Assembly (NCBI GenBank): GCA_963706025.1
Contig: CAVPLM010000005.1
Coordinates: 1 to 64,000, forward strand
Reading direction: 5' to 3'
Origin: an uncultured Actinomycetes bacterium
GTDB lineage: Bacteria > Actinomycetota > Thermoleophilia > RBG-16-64-13
DNA: 64,000 nt
The notes beneath the pieces were generated by a model that was not told the DNA's origin, made no database searches, and saw nothing but the letters and a program-made list of their open reading frames with translations. This document shows, one piece after another, positions 15,008 through 25,296 of this stretch. The translations under genes were made by a program, and so were the position numbers. Numbering within the stretch: position 1 is the first letter of the stretch; each line of letters opens with the position of its first letter.

Positions 15008-16009
15008 GTGTCTGAGCTGATGCAGGCGATGCTTCTCGATACCGCCGGAAGCCCCTTGCGGCCGGCGCGGGTGCCCGTGCCCGCGCCGGCGCCGGGACAG
15101 GTGCGGGTGAAGGTGCAGGCGTGCGGTATCTGCCGGACGGACCTGCACGTGGTGGACGGGGAACTGCAGCATCCCAAGCTCCCTCTCATTCCCGGTCATC
15201 AGATAGTAGGTACCGTGGAAGCCTTGGGGGAGGGCGTTTCCTCCCCGGCCGTGGACGCACAGGTGGGGATCCCCTGGCTGGGCTGGACCTGTGGTCGTTG
15301 CCGCTATTGCCTGAGCGGCCGCGAAAACCTCTGCGACTCGGCCAAGTTCACCGGATACGACCTCGATGGAGGTTTCGCCGAATACGCCGTGGCCGACCAC
15401 CGCTTCGCGTTTCCCATCCCGCCGGGCTACCCTGCCGCTCAGGCCGCGCCCCTTCTCTGTGCCGGGCTCATCGGCTATCGCTCGCTCTCCATGACGGGCG
15501 AGGCGGAGCGCCTGGGTATCTACGGCTACGGGGCCGCCGCGCACATCGTCACCCAGGTGGCGCGTTACCAGGGTCGGAGGGTGTTCGCTTTCACCCGTCC
15601 GGGCGACCTCACCTCCCAAAGCTTCGCCCGGGAGATGGGAGCCCACTGGGCGGGTGACACCTCCGAGGCGGCCCCCGAGGAACTCGACGCGGCCATCGTC
15701 TTCGCTCCCGCGGGAGAACTGGTGCCGATGGCTCTCCGCGCCGTGGCCAAAGGCGGGGTGGTCGTATGCGGAGGGATCCACATGAGCGATATCCCTTCCT
15801 TCCCCTACGAGATCCTCTGGGGGGAACGCGCGATCCGCTCGGTGGCCAACCTGACCCGGCAGGATGGCGCGGAGTTCCTGACCTTGGCTCCCCGGGTGCC
15901 GGTGCACACCGAAGTGGAGCTTTTCCCGCTCGCGGAGGCGAACGACGCTCTGGAGCGTCTTCGCCGGGGAGCGATCCGGGGGGCCGCCGTGCTTGTCCTG
16001 GACAGCTAA
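15008..16009 (+). CDS. Zinc-binding alcohol dehydrogenase
   Basis: CGICRTD, GHQIVG, CGRCRYC...ENLC and GYGAAA motifs. Confidence 0.92.
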   Translation: MSELMQAMLLDTAGSPLRPARVPVPAPAPGQVRVKVQACGICRTDLHVVDGELQHPKLPLIPGHQIVGTVEALGEGVSSPAVDAQVGIPWLGWTCGRCRYCLSGRENLCDSAKFTGYDLDGGFAEYAVADHRFAFPIPPGYPAAQAAPLLCAGLIGYRSLSMTGEAERLGIYGYGAAAHIVTQVARYQGRRVFAFTRPGDLTSQSFAREMGAHWAGDTSEAAPEELDAAIVFAPAGELVPMALRAVAKGGVVVCGGIHMSDIPSFPYEILWGERAIRSVANLTRQDGAEFLTLAPRVPVHTEVELFPLAEANDALERLRRGAIRGAAVLVLDS

Positions 16010-16021
16010 GGAGGTGAAGCC

Positions 16022-17102
16022 GTGCCGACCCGTCCTCTGGTCTCGTACGAGATAGATCGAGTCGAAGTGCTGAACGCGGAGGGTCTCGTCGACGAGGCTC
16101 TCATGCCCGATCTCACGCCGGAGCAGATCCAGCATCTGTACCGGCACATGGTGCTTACGCGCCAGTTCGACGAGCGCATGTTCAAGCTCCAGCGCCAGGG
16201 GCGGCTTGGCACCTTTCCCCGGGTGGCCGGTCAGGAGGGGGCGCACGTGGGGGCGGCCTTCGCGCTCCGGCCGGACGACTGGCTGGTGCCCGCCTTCCGG
16301 GAGACGGGCGCGCTCATGTTGCGGGGCATCCCCATGGAGCAGCTTCTGCAGTTCTGGGGCGGGGACGAGCGCGGTTCACGGCTTCCCGCGGGAGCTGCGC
16401 ACACTTCCCGTATCCATCCCCGTGGGCACCCACATGCTTCACGCGGTGGGTATCGCGTGGGCCCTGAAGCAGGCGGGCGAGGAGGCCGCAGTACTCACCT
16501 TTTTCGGGGAGGGCGCCACCTCCGAGGGCGACTTCAGCGAGGCCATGAACATGGCCGGGGTGTTCCAGGTGCCGGTGGTGTTCTTCTGCCAGAACAACCA
16601 GTACGCCATCTCGGTCCCCTTCACCAAGCAGACCGCTTCACCCACGGTGGCGCAGAAGGCGCTCGCCTACGGGATGTTCGGGGTGCAGGTCGATGGAAAC
16701 GACGTCTTCGCGGTGTATCGCGTGACCGCCGAGGCCTTGGAACGGGCGCGCACGGCGCACGAGCCCACCCTCATCGAGGCGCACACCTATCGGGTGATGG
16801 ACCATACGACCTCCGATGACGCCCGCCGCTACCGTGAGGAGAACGAGGTGGAAGAGTGGCGGAGTCGGGACCCCATCGAGCGCCTGGCGCGCTACATGCG
16901 CGCACAAGGGCTGCTGGACGATGGCGCCGCCGCTGAGGCCCTGGCCGAGGCCGATCAGAAGGTGGCTGAGGCGGTCGCCGCTTTTGAGGCCATCCCGCCG
17001 CCGGGACCCGAGGAGATCTTCGCCCACGTCTATGCGGACCTCACGCCGCCACTGGCCGAGCAACAGGCGGAGCTGAGGGCCCGCCTGGCGAGGGGGAGGT
17101 GA
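16022..17102 (+). CDS. pdhA: 2-oxoacid (pyruvate) dehydrogenase E1 alpha (frameshift near 16380)
   Basis: LQRQGRLG, ThDP motif GEGATSEGDF...NNQYAIS, HTTSDD. Confidence 0.9.
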
Positions 17103-18085
17103 GCATGGCCCGTCTCAACATGGTCGAAGCCATCGACCAAGCTCTCTCGCAAGAGATGGAGCTGGACCCCAGGGTCGTCGTGCTCGGCGAAGACGTCGGC
17201 CGGGACGGTGGGGTGTTCCGGGTGACCGACGGTCTCGTGGAGCGGTTCGGCGAAGAGCGCGTCATCGACACACCCCTGGCCGAGTCGGGGATCGTGGGGA
17301 TGGCTATCGGCATGGCCATAGCCGGGTATCGTCCGGTGGCCGAGATCCAGTTCTCGGGCTTCGCGTATCCGGCCTACGACCAACTCGTCTGTCATGCCGC
17401 CCGCATGCGCAACCGCAGCCGGGGCGAGTTCTCCGTCCCTCTCGTGGTCCGCACGCCCTACGGCGGCGGGATCAGAGCGCTGGAGCATCATTCCGAGAGC
17501 ATGGAAGCGGTGTTCGCCCACGTGCCCGGGCTCAAAGTCGTCATCCCCGCCGACCCGTACGAAGCCAAGGGCCTGCTGGCGGCCGCCGTCCGCGATCCGG
17601 ATCCGGTGGTGTTCATGGAGCCGGCCCGGGTCTACCGAGCCATAAAGACCGAGGTACCCGAGGAGCCCTACACTCTTCCCTTGGGCAAGGCCCGCCTGGT
17701 TCGAGAGGGTCGGGACGTTACGGTGCTGGCCTGGGGAGCCCATGTCCGCACGGTGAAGGAAGCGGCCGGGCGTTTGGAGGCCGAAGGCGTCGCCGACGTC
17801 GAGGTCGTCGACGTGCGCACCATTTCGCCGTTCGACTTCGAGACCGTGATCGCCAGCGTGACCAAGACCGGTCGCGCGGTCGTGGTCCACGAGGCGCCGC
17901 GCAGCTGCGGCTTCGGTGCGGAGATCTCCGCCCAGATCATGGAGAGGGCGGTACTGCACCTTAAGTCCCCGGTGCTACGTGTCACCGGGTTCGATACGAT
18001 CCCCCCGTTGGCCAAACTGGAGGACTATTACCAGCCCGACGTGGACACGGTGGTGGAGGCCATCAAAGCATCGATCCGGTTCTAG
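17099..18085 (+). CDS. pdhB: 2-oxoacid dehydrogenase E1 beta
   Basis: GEDVG..GGVFRVT, DTPLAESGI and EHHSES motifs. Confidence 0.92.
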   Translation: MSMARLNMVEAIDQALSQEMELDPRVVVLGEDVGRDGGVFRVTDGLVERFGEERVIDTPLAESGIVGMAIGMAIAGYRPVAEIQFSGFAYPAYDQLVCHAARMRNRSRGEFSVPLVVRTPYGGGIRALEHHSESMEAVFAHVPGLKVVIPADPYEAKGLLAAAVRDPDPVVFMEPARVYRAIKTEVPEEPYTLPLGKARLVREGRDVTVLAWGAHVRTVKEAAGRLEAEGVADVEVVDVRTISPFDFETVIASVTKTGRAVVVHEAPRSCGFGAEISAQIMERAVLHLKSPVLRVTGFDTIPPLAKLEDYYQPDVDTVVEAIKASIRF

Positions 18086-18110
18086 TCGATCACAAGAGAG
18101 GGAGAGCGCG

Positions 18111-18857
18111 GTGGAATACGACGGTTTTCTGGAGTTGATCAAGAGTCGGCGCACGCTGCGGGCGATCAAGCCCGATCCCATCCCCGACGAGATGGTTGAC
18201 AAGCTCCTCGAAGCGGCCCGCTGGGCACCGACCGGCTTCAACATGCAACCCCTCGAGATGCTGGTGGTCAGAGATCTGGAGCTTCGCACGGCAATCAAGA
18301 AGATCGTCGACGACTACAAGAACAGCGACTTCTTCGCCATGGAAGCCACGCGCGAGGAGTGGCAGGGCTCGCCCTGGGCCATCGAGACTCACGGCGAGTG
18401 GGACTGTCCGCTGGCGCCGGTGTTCATCCTGGTGATGGGCGACACGCGCCGCCGGGTGGGCCTGCCCATGGCCGCCCGCTATTCCGAGCAGAAGGGCGAC
18501 TCCATCTTCGAGTCGTCTCTCTCCAATGCCTTCATGTACATGTGGCTGGCTGCCCACAGCCTGGGGCTAGCCGCCCAACCGATCTCGGGGGTGAAATACC
18601 CGAAAGTGCAGGCGCTGGTGAAGCACCTGCTCAACCTCCCCGACTTCATCTATGTCTACGACATCTTCCTGGTCGGGTACAACGCCATGGAGGATGGGCC
18701 GTCGGCCAAGCTCATGCGCCCTCTGGACGAAATGGTCCACTACGACAGGGCCGCTGATGACGAGTTCCTCAGCGAGGAAGAGCTACGCAAGCAGATCATG
18801 AAGCTCCGGGCCGGCAACGTGGCCCGGCACGTGGAGGCCGACAAGATCAACGAGTAG
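18111..18857 (+). CDS. Nitroreductase-family flavoprotein (copy 1)
   Basis: SRRTLR and WAPTGFNMQP FMN-binding motifs; LAAHSLGL. Confidence 0.88.
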   Translation: MEYDGFLELIKSRRTLRAIKPDPIPDEMVDKLLEAARWAPTGFNMQPLEMLVVRDLELRTAIKKIVDDYKNSDFFAMEATREEWQGSPWAIETHGEWDCPLAPVFILVMGDTRRRVGLPMAARYSEQKGDSIFESSLSNAFMYMWLAAHSLGLAAQPISGVKYPKVQALVKHLLNLPDFIYVYDIFLVGYNAMEDGPSAKLMRPLDEMVHYDRAADDEFLSEEELRKQIMKLRAGNVARHVEADKINE

Positions 18858-18898
18858 GGCCCCTGGTGGCTGACCTGGTGGCCGAGAGAGGGACCGAC

Positions 18899-19645
18899 GT
18901 GCAGTACGACGACCTGCTCGAATTGGTGAAGAGTCGCCGCACCATCAGGGCGATCAAGCCCGACCCCATACCGGAGGAGACGGTCCAGAAGATACTCGAG
19001 GTCGGGCGCTGGGCTCCCACCGGCTTCAACATGCAGTTCATGGAGTTCCTGGTCGTCGAGGACCTCGGACTCCGCTCCGCGGTCAAGAAGATCATCGACG
19101 ACTGGATAGAAAGCGACTTCTACACTCTGGAGACCACCAGGGAGGAGTGGCAGGGTCCTTCGTGGGATCCCAGGACACGTGGCCGGCTGGAATGCCCTCT
19201 CGCGCCGGTCTTCATCCTTGTCCTGGGGGATACCCGGCGGCGCGCGGGTCTTCCCATGAACGCCCGCTACTCCAAGCAGAAAGGCGACTCCATCTTCGAG
19301 TCGTCCCTCTCCAATGCCTTCATGTATCTGTGGCTGGCGGCGCACAGCCTCGGTCTCGCCGCCCAGCCGGTCTCGGCGGTCAAGAACTCCCGGGTGCAGG
19401 GACTGGTGAAACATCTCCTCGATCTCCCCGATTTCATCTACATCTACGAACTCCTGCTGGTCGGATACAGCGCCATGGAGGGTGGTCCCTCCGCCAAGCT
19501 GACGCGGCACCTGGACGAGATGGTGCACCGCGACCGGGCCGGAGAGGGGGACTTCCTTTCCGAGGAGGAATTGAGGAAGCAGATACGCAAGTTGAGAGTG
19601 GGAAACGTTGCCCGTCACAAGGAGGCTGAGAAGGCCGACGAGTGA
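18899..19645 (+). CDS. Nitroreductase-family flavoprotein (copy 2, tandem paralog)
   Basis: Same motifs and same length as copy 1, with long identical stretches (QKGDSIFESSLSNAFMY). Confidence 0.88.
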   Translation: MQYDDLLELVKSRRTIRAIKPDPIPEETVQKILEVGRWAPTGFNMQFMEFLVVEDLGLRSAVKKIIDDWIESDFYTLETTREEWQGPSWDPRTRGRLECPLAPVFILVLGDTRRRAGLPMNARYSKQKGDSIFESSLSNAFMYLWLAAHSLGLAAQPVSAVKNSRVQGLVKHLLDLPDFIYIYELLLVGYSAMEGGPSAKLTRHLDEMVHRDRAGEGDFLSEEELRKQIRKLRVGNVARHKEAEKADE

Positions 19646-19746
19646 GTGATCGGGGGCCGCGCCGGAAGGCGCGGCGCGGCCCCGTCCCGCCCGCCGAGCG
19701 CGCGGAGCGCCTCGGCCGGGCCCACCGCGACGATGGAGCGGCAGTC

Positions 19747-21363
19747 ATGGCTTATGAGTTCAAGTTCCCCGACATAGGTGAAGGGATAGCCGAGGGAGAG
19801 ATCCTTGCCTGGAGGGTGAAAGAGGGCGACATCGTCGCCGAAGACCAGACCCTGGCCGAGATGGAGACCGACAAGGCGGTGGTCGAGCTGCCTTCCCCCC
19901 GCGCGGGTCGGGTGAGCAGGCTTCACGCCGAGGAGGGCGACATCATCCAGGTGGGCGATGTGCTCGTCACCATCGAGGAGACCGTGGCCGCGGCACCCGG
20001 CCCGGAGAGCGTCCCCGCCGGCGCGGTCCCGGCGGCGCCCGCGGCCCCGGCGGCCCCAGGGCCCGCGACGCCGGCCGTCGCCGCCTCGGTCGCGGCTCCA
20101 GCCGCGGCGCCCGTGACACCAGTTGCCGCCGCCCCGCGCGCCGCTGAGGAGCCTGAGCCCTATACGGGCTCGGTAGTGGGTTTTCTCGAGGAGGCTCCGG
20201 AGGAGGAGGCCGAGGCGGTAGCCGGCCCGACCGCCGGCGCGCCCGCGGCCGGCGGCGAGGTGCTCGCCATGCCTTCCGTCCGCGCGCTGGCGAAGGAATT
20301 GGGAGTCGACCTCGCCGGTATTCGCGGGACCGGCCCGGGTGGCCGGATCATCAAGCAGGACGTGGAGGACGTGGCTGAGGCGATGGCCTACGGAGCGCCC
20401 GCTCCGGGAGTGCCCTCGGCGGCCGCCCAGGCCCGCCCGGTAGAGATGGCCCCAGCGTCTCCGGCAGAGACGGCCCCCGCGCCAACGCTCGAGCAGGTCC
20501 CTTCTCTGCCGGGCGCACCCCCACCGGCCCCGTCCCCATCCGTCGTTCCGCTTCCGAGCGCTTCGCAGGAGGCCGGTGCCCCTGCACCCTTGCCTCCGGC
20601 CGGCGAACCGTCGATCCCGGTCCCGGTCTTGGGCGGGACCATCGAGTCGGACCCGTTCGGCCCCGTCGAGAGGGTGGCCTTCCGAGGGGTCCGTAGGACC
20701 ATGGCCCGGCATATGGCCGAATCGGTGGCCAAACAGGCGCAGGTCACGATCATGGACGAGGCCGACGTCACCATAATCAGGCGCATCCGCGAGAAAGAGC
20801 GCACCGTCGCCGCGGAGCGCGGGGTGCGGTTGACCTATCTGGCCTTCGTGGTCAAAGCCTGCACGGCTTCTCTCAAGCGCTTTCCCCGTCTGAACGCCGT
20901 CCTAGAGGAATCGGGGGAAGAATTCGTGCTCAGGCGCTACTACAACATCGGTATCGCGGTCGACACGAAGTACGGGCTGGTCGTACCCAACATCAAGGAC
21001 GCCGATCAGAAGAGCATCTTCCGGATAGCCGAGGAAATCGTGGATCTGGTCGATCGGGCCGATGAGCGGCGCCTCGACCTGAGCGAACTCCACGGAGGGA
21101 CCTTCACCATCAGCAATTTCGGGGCGGTGGGGAGCACTTTCGCCACCCCTGTGATCAACTACCCTGAGGTCGCTCTACTGGGAATGGGGCGGATCCGCGA
21201 ACTGCCGGTCGTCCGCGGGGGGAAGGTGGTCACCCGGCTGATGTTGCCTCTTTCTCTTACGATCGATCACCAGTTGATCGACGGCGCAGAGGCAGCCCGC
21301 TTCCTGAATCTGGTCATGGGGTACCTGGAGGACCCCGATCTGCTGCTCTTGGAAGGGGCTTGA
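19747..21363 (+). CDS. pdhC: Dihydrolipoamide acyltransferase E2
   Basis: Lipoyl motif ETDKA, binding domain PSVRALA..GTGPGGRI, catalytic DHQLIDG. Confidence 0.92.
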   Translation: MAYEFKFPDIGEGIAEGEILAWRVKEGDIVAEDQTLAEMETDKAVVELPSPRAGRVSRLHAEEGDIIQVGDVLVTIEETVAAAPGPESVPAGAVPAAPAAPAAPGPATPAVAASVAAPAAAPVTPVAAAPRAAEEPEPYTGSVVGFLEEAPEEEAEAVAGPTAGAPAAGGEVLAMPSVRALAKELGVDLAGIRGTGPGGRIIKQDVEDVAEAMAYGAPAPGVPSAAAQARPVEMAPASPAETAPAPTLEQVPSLPGAPPPAPSPSVVPLPSASQEAGAPAPLPPAGEPSIPVPVLGGTIESDPFGPVERVAFRGVRRTMARHMAESVAKQAQVTIMDEADVTIIRRIREKERTVAAERGVRLTYLAFVVKACTASLKRFPRLNAVLEESGEEFVLRRYYNIGIAVDTKYGLVVPNIKDADQKSIFRIAEEIVDLVDRADERRLDLSELHGGTFTISNFGAVGSTFATPVINYPEVALLGMGRIRELPVVRGGKVVTRLMLPLSLTIDHQLIDGAEAARFLNLVMGYLEDPDLLLLEGA

Positions 21364-22265
21364 TGGAACCGGAAAGCTGCGAAGCGCTCCGCGAGGCCAC
21401 ACGTGGTTGCCGGCTGGTTCTGCTCGCAGCCACCGATACTGAGGCCGAGCCACTCCTGCGCGCGTTCTGGGAGCCCGCGACCTACCTGGTGTTCACGAGG
21501 AAGTTGGTCGTGGGCGCGGTCGCCGCGGAACAAGATACGGCGAAAAGAGGCGTCGCCGGAGGCGCCGTCCAGGCCGTGCTTGCGATCAGTGGGTGCGACA
21601 AGGTCAACGCCGCCCATACCCTGGCCTGTCTTCTTCTGACCATGGACCCCCAGCCCTCCCTGGTGCTCCAAGTGGGCGTGGCGGGAGCGTTCCCGGGGCC
21701 TGGGATCGGTCGGCGGCCTGGGGTCGGTGATCTCGTCTTCGCGACTGAAGAGATCTACTCCGATACGGGCAGTTCCAGCCCGGCCGGCTGGATACCGGCC
21801 GGCGAGCTCGGACTACCGATCGCCTGTCTTGGTGGGATCGAATCGGGCGGGCGCTTCCCCCTCGAGGCGCGCCTGGTCCAAGCGGCGGTCGAGGTGGTCG
21901 ATCGGATCGACGACAAAGGCTGGCCCGGGGGCCGTCCTGCCGTCTTCGCGGGACCGTGCGTGACCTCCTCGCGGGTCACCGGGATCCGGAGTGAGGGTGA
22001 GTTGATCGCCCGGCGCTGGGATGCGGTGGCGGAATCCATGGAAGGCGCGGCGGCAGCCCAGGTCTGTGCCCTTCACAGGGTGCCGTTCTTGGAGGTGAGG
22101 GGAATCAGCAACCTGGTCGTCGATCGGGAGCGGGACACCTGGGAGGTGACCCGGGCCGCCGAAGTGGCCGGGCGGGCCGCGCTGGCCGTGACCGCCGCCC
22201 TCGATACGCTCCCCCTCCCGGGCAGGCCGGCGTCCCCAGGCAGTCCTCCCCCTTCGGAAGCTTGA
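21363..22265 (+). CDS. mqnB: Futalosine hydrolase
   Basis: PNP/MTAN fold (KVNAA, ESMEGAA, RGISN) directly upstream of mqnD. Confidence 0.82.
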   Translation: MEPESCEALREATRGCRLVLLAATDTEAEPLLRAFWEPATYLVFTRKLVVGAVAAEQDTAKRGVAGGAVQAVLAISGCDKVNAAHTLACLLLTMDPQPSLVLQVGVAGAFPGPGIGRRPGVGDLVFATEEIYSDTGSSSPAGWIPAGELGLPIACLGGIESGGRFPLEARLVQAAVEVVDRIDDKGWPGGRPAVFAGPCVTSSRVTGIRSEGELIARRWDAVAESMEGAAAAQVCALHRVPFLEVRGISNLVVDRERDTWEVTRAAEVAGRAALAVTAALDTLPLPGRPASPGSPPPSEA

Positions 22266-22266
22266 C

Positions 22267-23138
22267 ATGGATCGCCTGCGCCTCGCCTATTCCCCCTGCC
22301 CGAACGACACCTACGTCTTCCACGCCTGGGTCCACGGCCTCGTTCCCGGTGCGCCCCCCGTGGAGGAGAGGCTCGCAGACATCGATGTGCTCAACCATCT
22401 GGCTCTGCGGGGTGAAGCCGATGTCGTGAAGGTCTCCATGCACGCGTTCGCCCATCTGCAAGAGAGCTACGCCCTCCTGCATTCCGGAGGGGCGCTGGGG
22501 CGGGGATGTGGTCCGCTGGTAGTGGCGCGAAAGGATTCACGGCTACGCCCGGCGGCGTCGGTGCAACGGGTGGCCGCTCTTGCGGACCATCTCGGGCAGG
22601 CCCGGGTAGCCATTCCCGGTGAACTGACGACCGCCGCTCTTCTCCTCGGGCTGTTCACGGGTGGCATCGCCCGGCCCGTCGTCATGCCTTTCGAGCGCAT
22701 CATGCCGGCGGTGAGCTCGGGTCAAGTGGATGCGGGGGTCATCATCCACGAAGGCCGGTTCACCTACGCCGCTCACGGTCTTCGTCGTCTTGTGGACCTG
22801 GGGGAGTGGTGGGAAGAGACCACCGGGCTGCCCATCCCCCTCGGAGGGATCGTGGTCTCCCGGACTCTCGAGCGGTCTCTCCAGCAAAGCGCGGAAAGCG
22901 CCATGCGGGCGAGTGTGGAATATGCCGGTCTTCATCCGGACGCCGCTCTCGCGTACGTCCGCGCGCATGCTCAGGAGATGGACCCCGCGGTGTGTCAGGC
23001 CCACATCGACCTCTATGTGAACGAGTTCACCCTGACTACGGGCCCGAAGGGGAGGAGGCGATCCGGCGGCTCCTGGGGACCGCGGCCGAGCTGGGCCTAT
23101 CTCCCGGCTCGGACAAGAGTCTCTTCTGGGACGGATGA
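22267..23138 (+). CDS. mqnD: 1,4-dihydroxy-6-naphthoate synthase (frameshift near 23033)
   Basis: YSPCPNDT, IIHEGRFTY and HIDLYVN motifs; the C-terminus continues in another frame (DYGPEGEEAI). Confidence 0.92.
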
Positions 23139-23214
23139 CGGGACCGTGTCTCTGCCCCGATGAGCGCCGGTCTCGCGGGGCGGGAGGCCGCCAGGCTGCT
23201 ATCCTACCGGTCTG

Positions 23215-25296
23215 ATGCTGCATCTCACCGACATCTCCAAGTCGTTCGGCACCCAGACGGTCCTCGACCAGGCCAGCCTGCACGTGAAGCCGGGCATGCG
23301 TGTCGGCCTGGTGGGTCCTAACGGGGCCGGCAAGACCACGCTGCTGCGGTTGATCGTGGGCGAGATGTCGCTGGACGGTGGAGAGATCAGCGCCCGCAAA
23401 GACCTGCGCATCGGCTTTCTGCCCCAGGAGATCGAGGAGATCGCCGATCACGTGGTCATCGACGAAGTGCTGGCGTCGCATCTCGACATCCTGTCGTCGG
23501 AGCGGCGCATCACCGAGTTGGGCGAAGAGATCGCCCGTGCCTATGCCGGCGGTGATGGTGGTGCCGCCGAGGCCGGTCCCAAAGGCCGTGGGAAGGCCGG
23601 GGAAGCGGCCGATCGGGATCCCGACGAGTTGCTGCGCGAGATGGGTGCCCTCCAGAGCGCCTTCGAGAACGCCCACGGATACGAGCTCGAGACCCGAGCC
23701 CAGACCATCCTTCGGGGCATGGGCTTCCGCGAAGAAGACTTCGATCGCCCGATCGCCGAGCTTTCCGGCGGTTGGCGGATGCGGGTCGCCTTGTCCCGGC
23801 TCCTCTTGGAGCAGCCGGATCTGCTGCTCATGGACGAGCCCACCAACCATCTGGACCTGGAGAGCCTGCTCTGGCTGGAGGAGTTCCTGCTCACCTGGCC
23901 GGGGGCGCTCATCGTGATCAGCCACGACCGCTACTTCCTCAACCGCATGGTCACGCATATCGCCGATCTCGACCGGGGGATCATCGATCTCTATGCCGGC
24001 GACTACGACCATTACGAGGAAGAGAAACGGCAGCGGTACGAAGCTCTTGTCAACGCGGCCAAGAATCAGCAGCGCGAGATCGACTCGGCCGAGGCTTTCA
24101 TCCGCCGGTTCCGGGCGAAGAACACCAAGGCCAAGCAGGTACAGCAGAAGATCAGGCAGCTGGAGCGCACCGAACGGATCGACGCTCCCTCCCTCGAGCG
24201 CAAGACCATCAAGTTCCGCTTCCCCCAGCCTCCCCGCACCGGCCGGGTGGTGGCTGAAGTCAGGCACGTCCGCAAGGCCTACGCCGACAACGTGGTCTAC
24301 AGGCGACTCGACCTGGTCATCGAGCGCGGGGAGAAGATCGCCCTCGTGGGCCCCAACGGAGCCGGGAAATCCACCTTGCTCAAGCTTCTGGCCGCGGTCG
24401 TAGAACCCGACGGAGGTTCGATCAAGCTGGGACACGCAGTGCGCCGGGAATACTTCGCGCAACACCAACTGGAGGTGCTGCACCCCGGCCGGACGGTGCT
24501 CAAGACCATGGAAGAAGCGGCCGGGCCCGCCGGACGCCTGCCCGAGGTACGAGGCTATCTGGGCACCTTCCTCTTCGGGGAGGACGACGTGACCAAGAAG
24601 GTGGGCGTGCTCTCGGGGGGAGAAAAGGCTCGTCTCGCTCTGGCCCGGATGCTGATAGACCCCGCGGGGCTGCTGTTGCTCGATGAGCCGACCAACCACC
24701 TGGACATGGACTCGAGCGCGGTGCTCACCGAGGCACTGCGGCAGTTCGAGGGCTCGGTGGTGTTCATCAGCCACGACCGGCACTTGATCAACGCCATCGG
24801 CACCAAGGTCATCGAGGTACGCGATGGGCGTTTGACCCACTATCTGGGAGACTGGGAGTACTACAGCTGGAAGAAGGCCCAGGAGGCGGGGTCGTCGGGG
24901 CGGCTCTCCGCTGGATCTTCCCCTGATGGGCCGGTGTCGCCACTCTCGCCGTCGCGCCCGGCGGCCGAGGCGGCCGCCGCCTCGGCGCCCACCGCCACCT
25001 CCGCTGCAGTCATGGAAGCGGAGCCCGCAGCCGTGGTCGGGGCGCGGACGGTCGAGTTGGGCTACAAGGAGCGCAAGGAGCTGCAGAGCCGCTATCGCAA
25101 GGTGGAGCGAAGGATCCTAGCGGCGGAGGAGCGGCAGGCTGCGCTTGCGTCCTCCCTGAGCGACCCCGAGCACGCCTCCGACTACGAGCTTCTCGCTTCG
25201 GCGTCGGCCGAGGCGACCGACCTCGCCGATGAGATCACCTCGCTGTACGAAGAGTGGGGCAGGATCGCCGAGTCCTTGGGGACGACGGTGGCATGA
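23215..25296 (+). CDS. ABC-F family ATPase
   Basis: Two NBDs (GPNGAGK, LSGG, DEPTNHLD) and a C-terminal coiled coil. Confidence 0.93.
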   Translation: MLHLTDISKSFGTQTVLDQASLHVKPGMRVGLVGPNGAGKTTLLRLIVGEMSLDGGEISARKDLRIGFLPQEIEEIADHVVIDEVLASHLDILSSERRITELGEEIARAYAGGDGGAAEAGPKGRGKAGEAADRDPDELLREMGALQSAFENAHGYELETRAQTILRGMGFREEDFDRPIAELSGGWRMRVALSRLLLEQPDLLLMDEPTNHLDLESLLWLEEFLLTWPGALIVISHDRYFLNRMVTHIADLDRGIIDLYAGDYDHYEEEKRQRYEALVNAAKNQQREIDSAEAFIRRFRAKNTKAKQVQQKIRQLERTERIDAPSLERKTIKFRFPQPPRTGRVVAEVRHVRKAYADNVVYRRLDLVIERGEKIALVGPNGAGKSTLLKLLAAVVEPDGGSIKLGHAVRREYFAQHQLEVLHPGRTVLKTMEEAAGPAGRLPEVRGYLGTFLFGEDDVTKKVGVLSGGEKARLALARMLIDPAGLLLLDEPTNHLDMDSSAVLTEALRQFEGSVVFISHDRHLINAIGTKVIEVRDGRLTHYLGDWEYYSWKKAQEAGSSGRLSAGSSPDGPVSPLSPSRPAAEAAAASAPTATSAAVMEAEPAAVVGARTVELGYKERKELQSRYRKVERRILAAEERQAALASSLSDPEHASDYELLASASAEATDLADEITSLYEEWGRIAESLGTTVA

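Noticed and set aside
22543-24840. Long antisense ORFs (also 10717-12216, 12776-14164 and others)
   Set aside because: Shadow frames of high-GC genes with no recognisable motifs.
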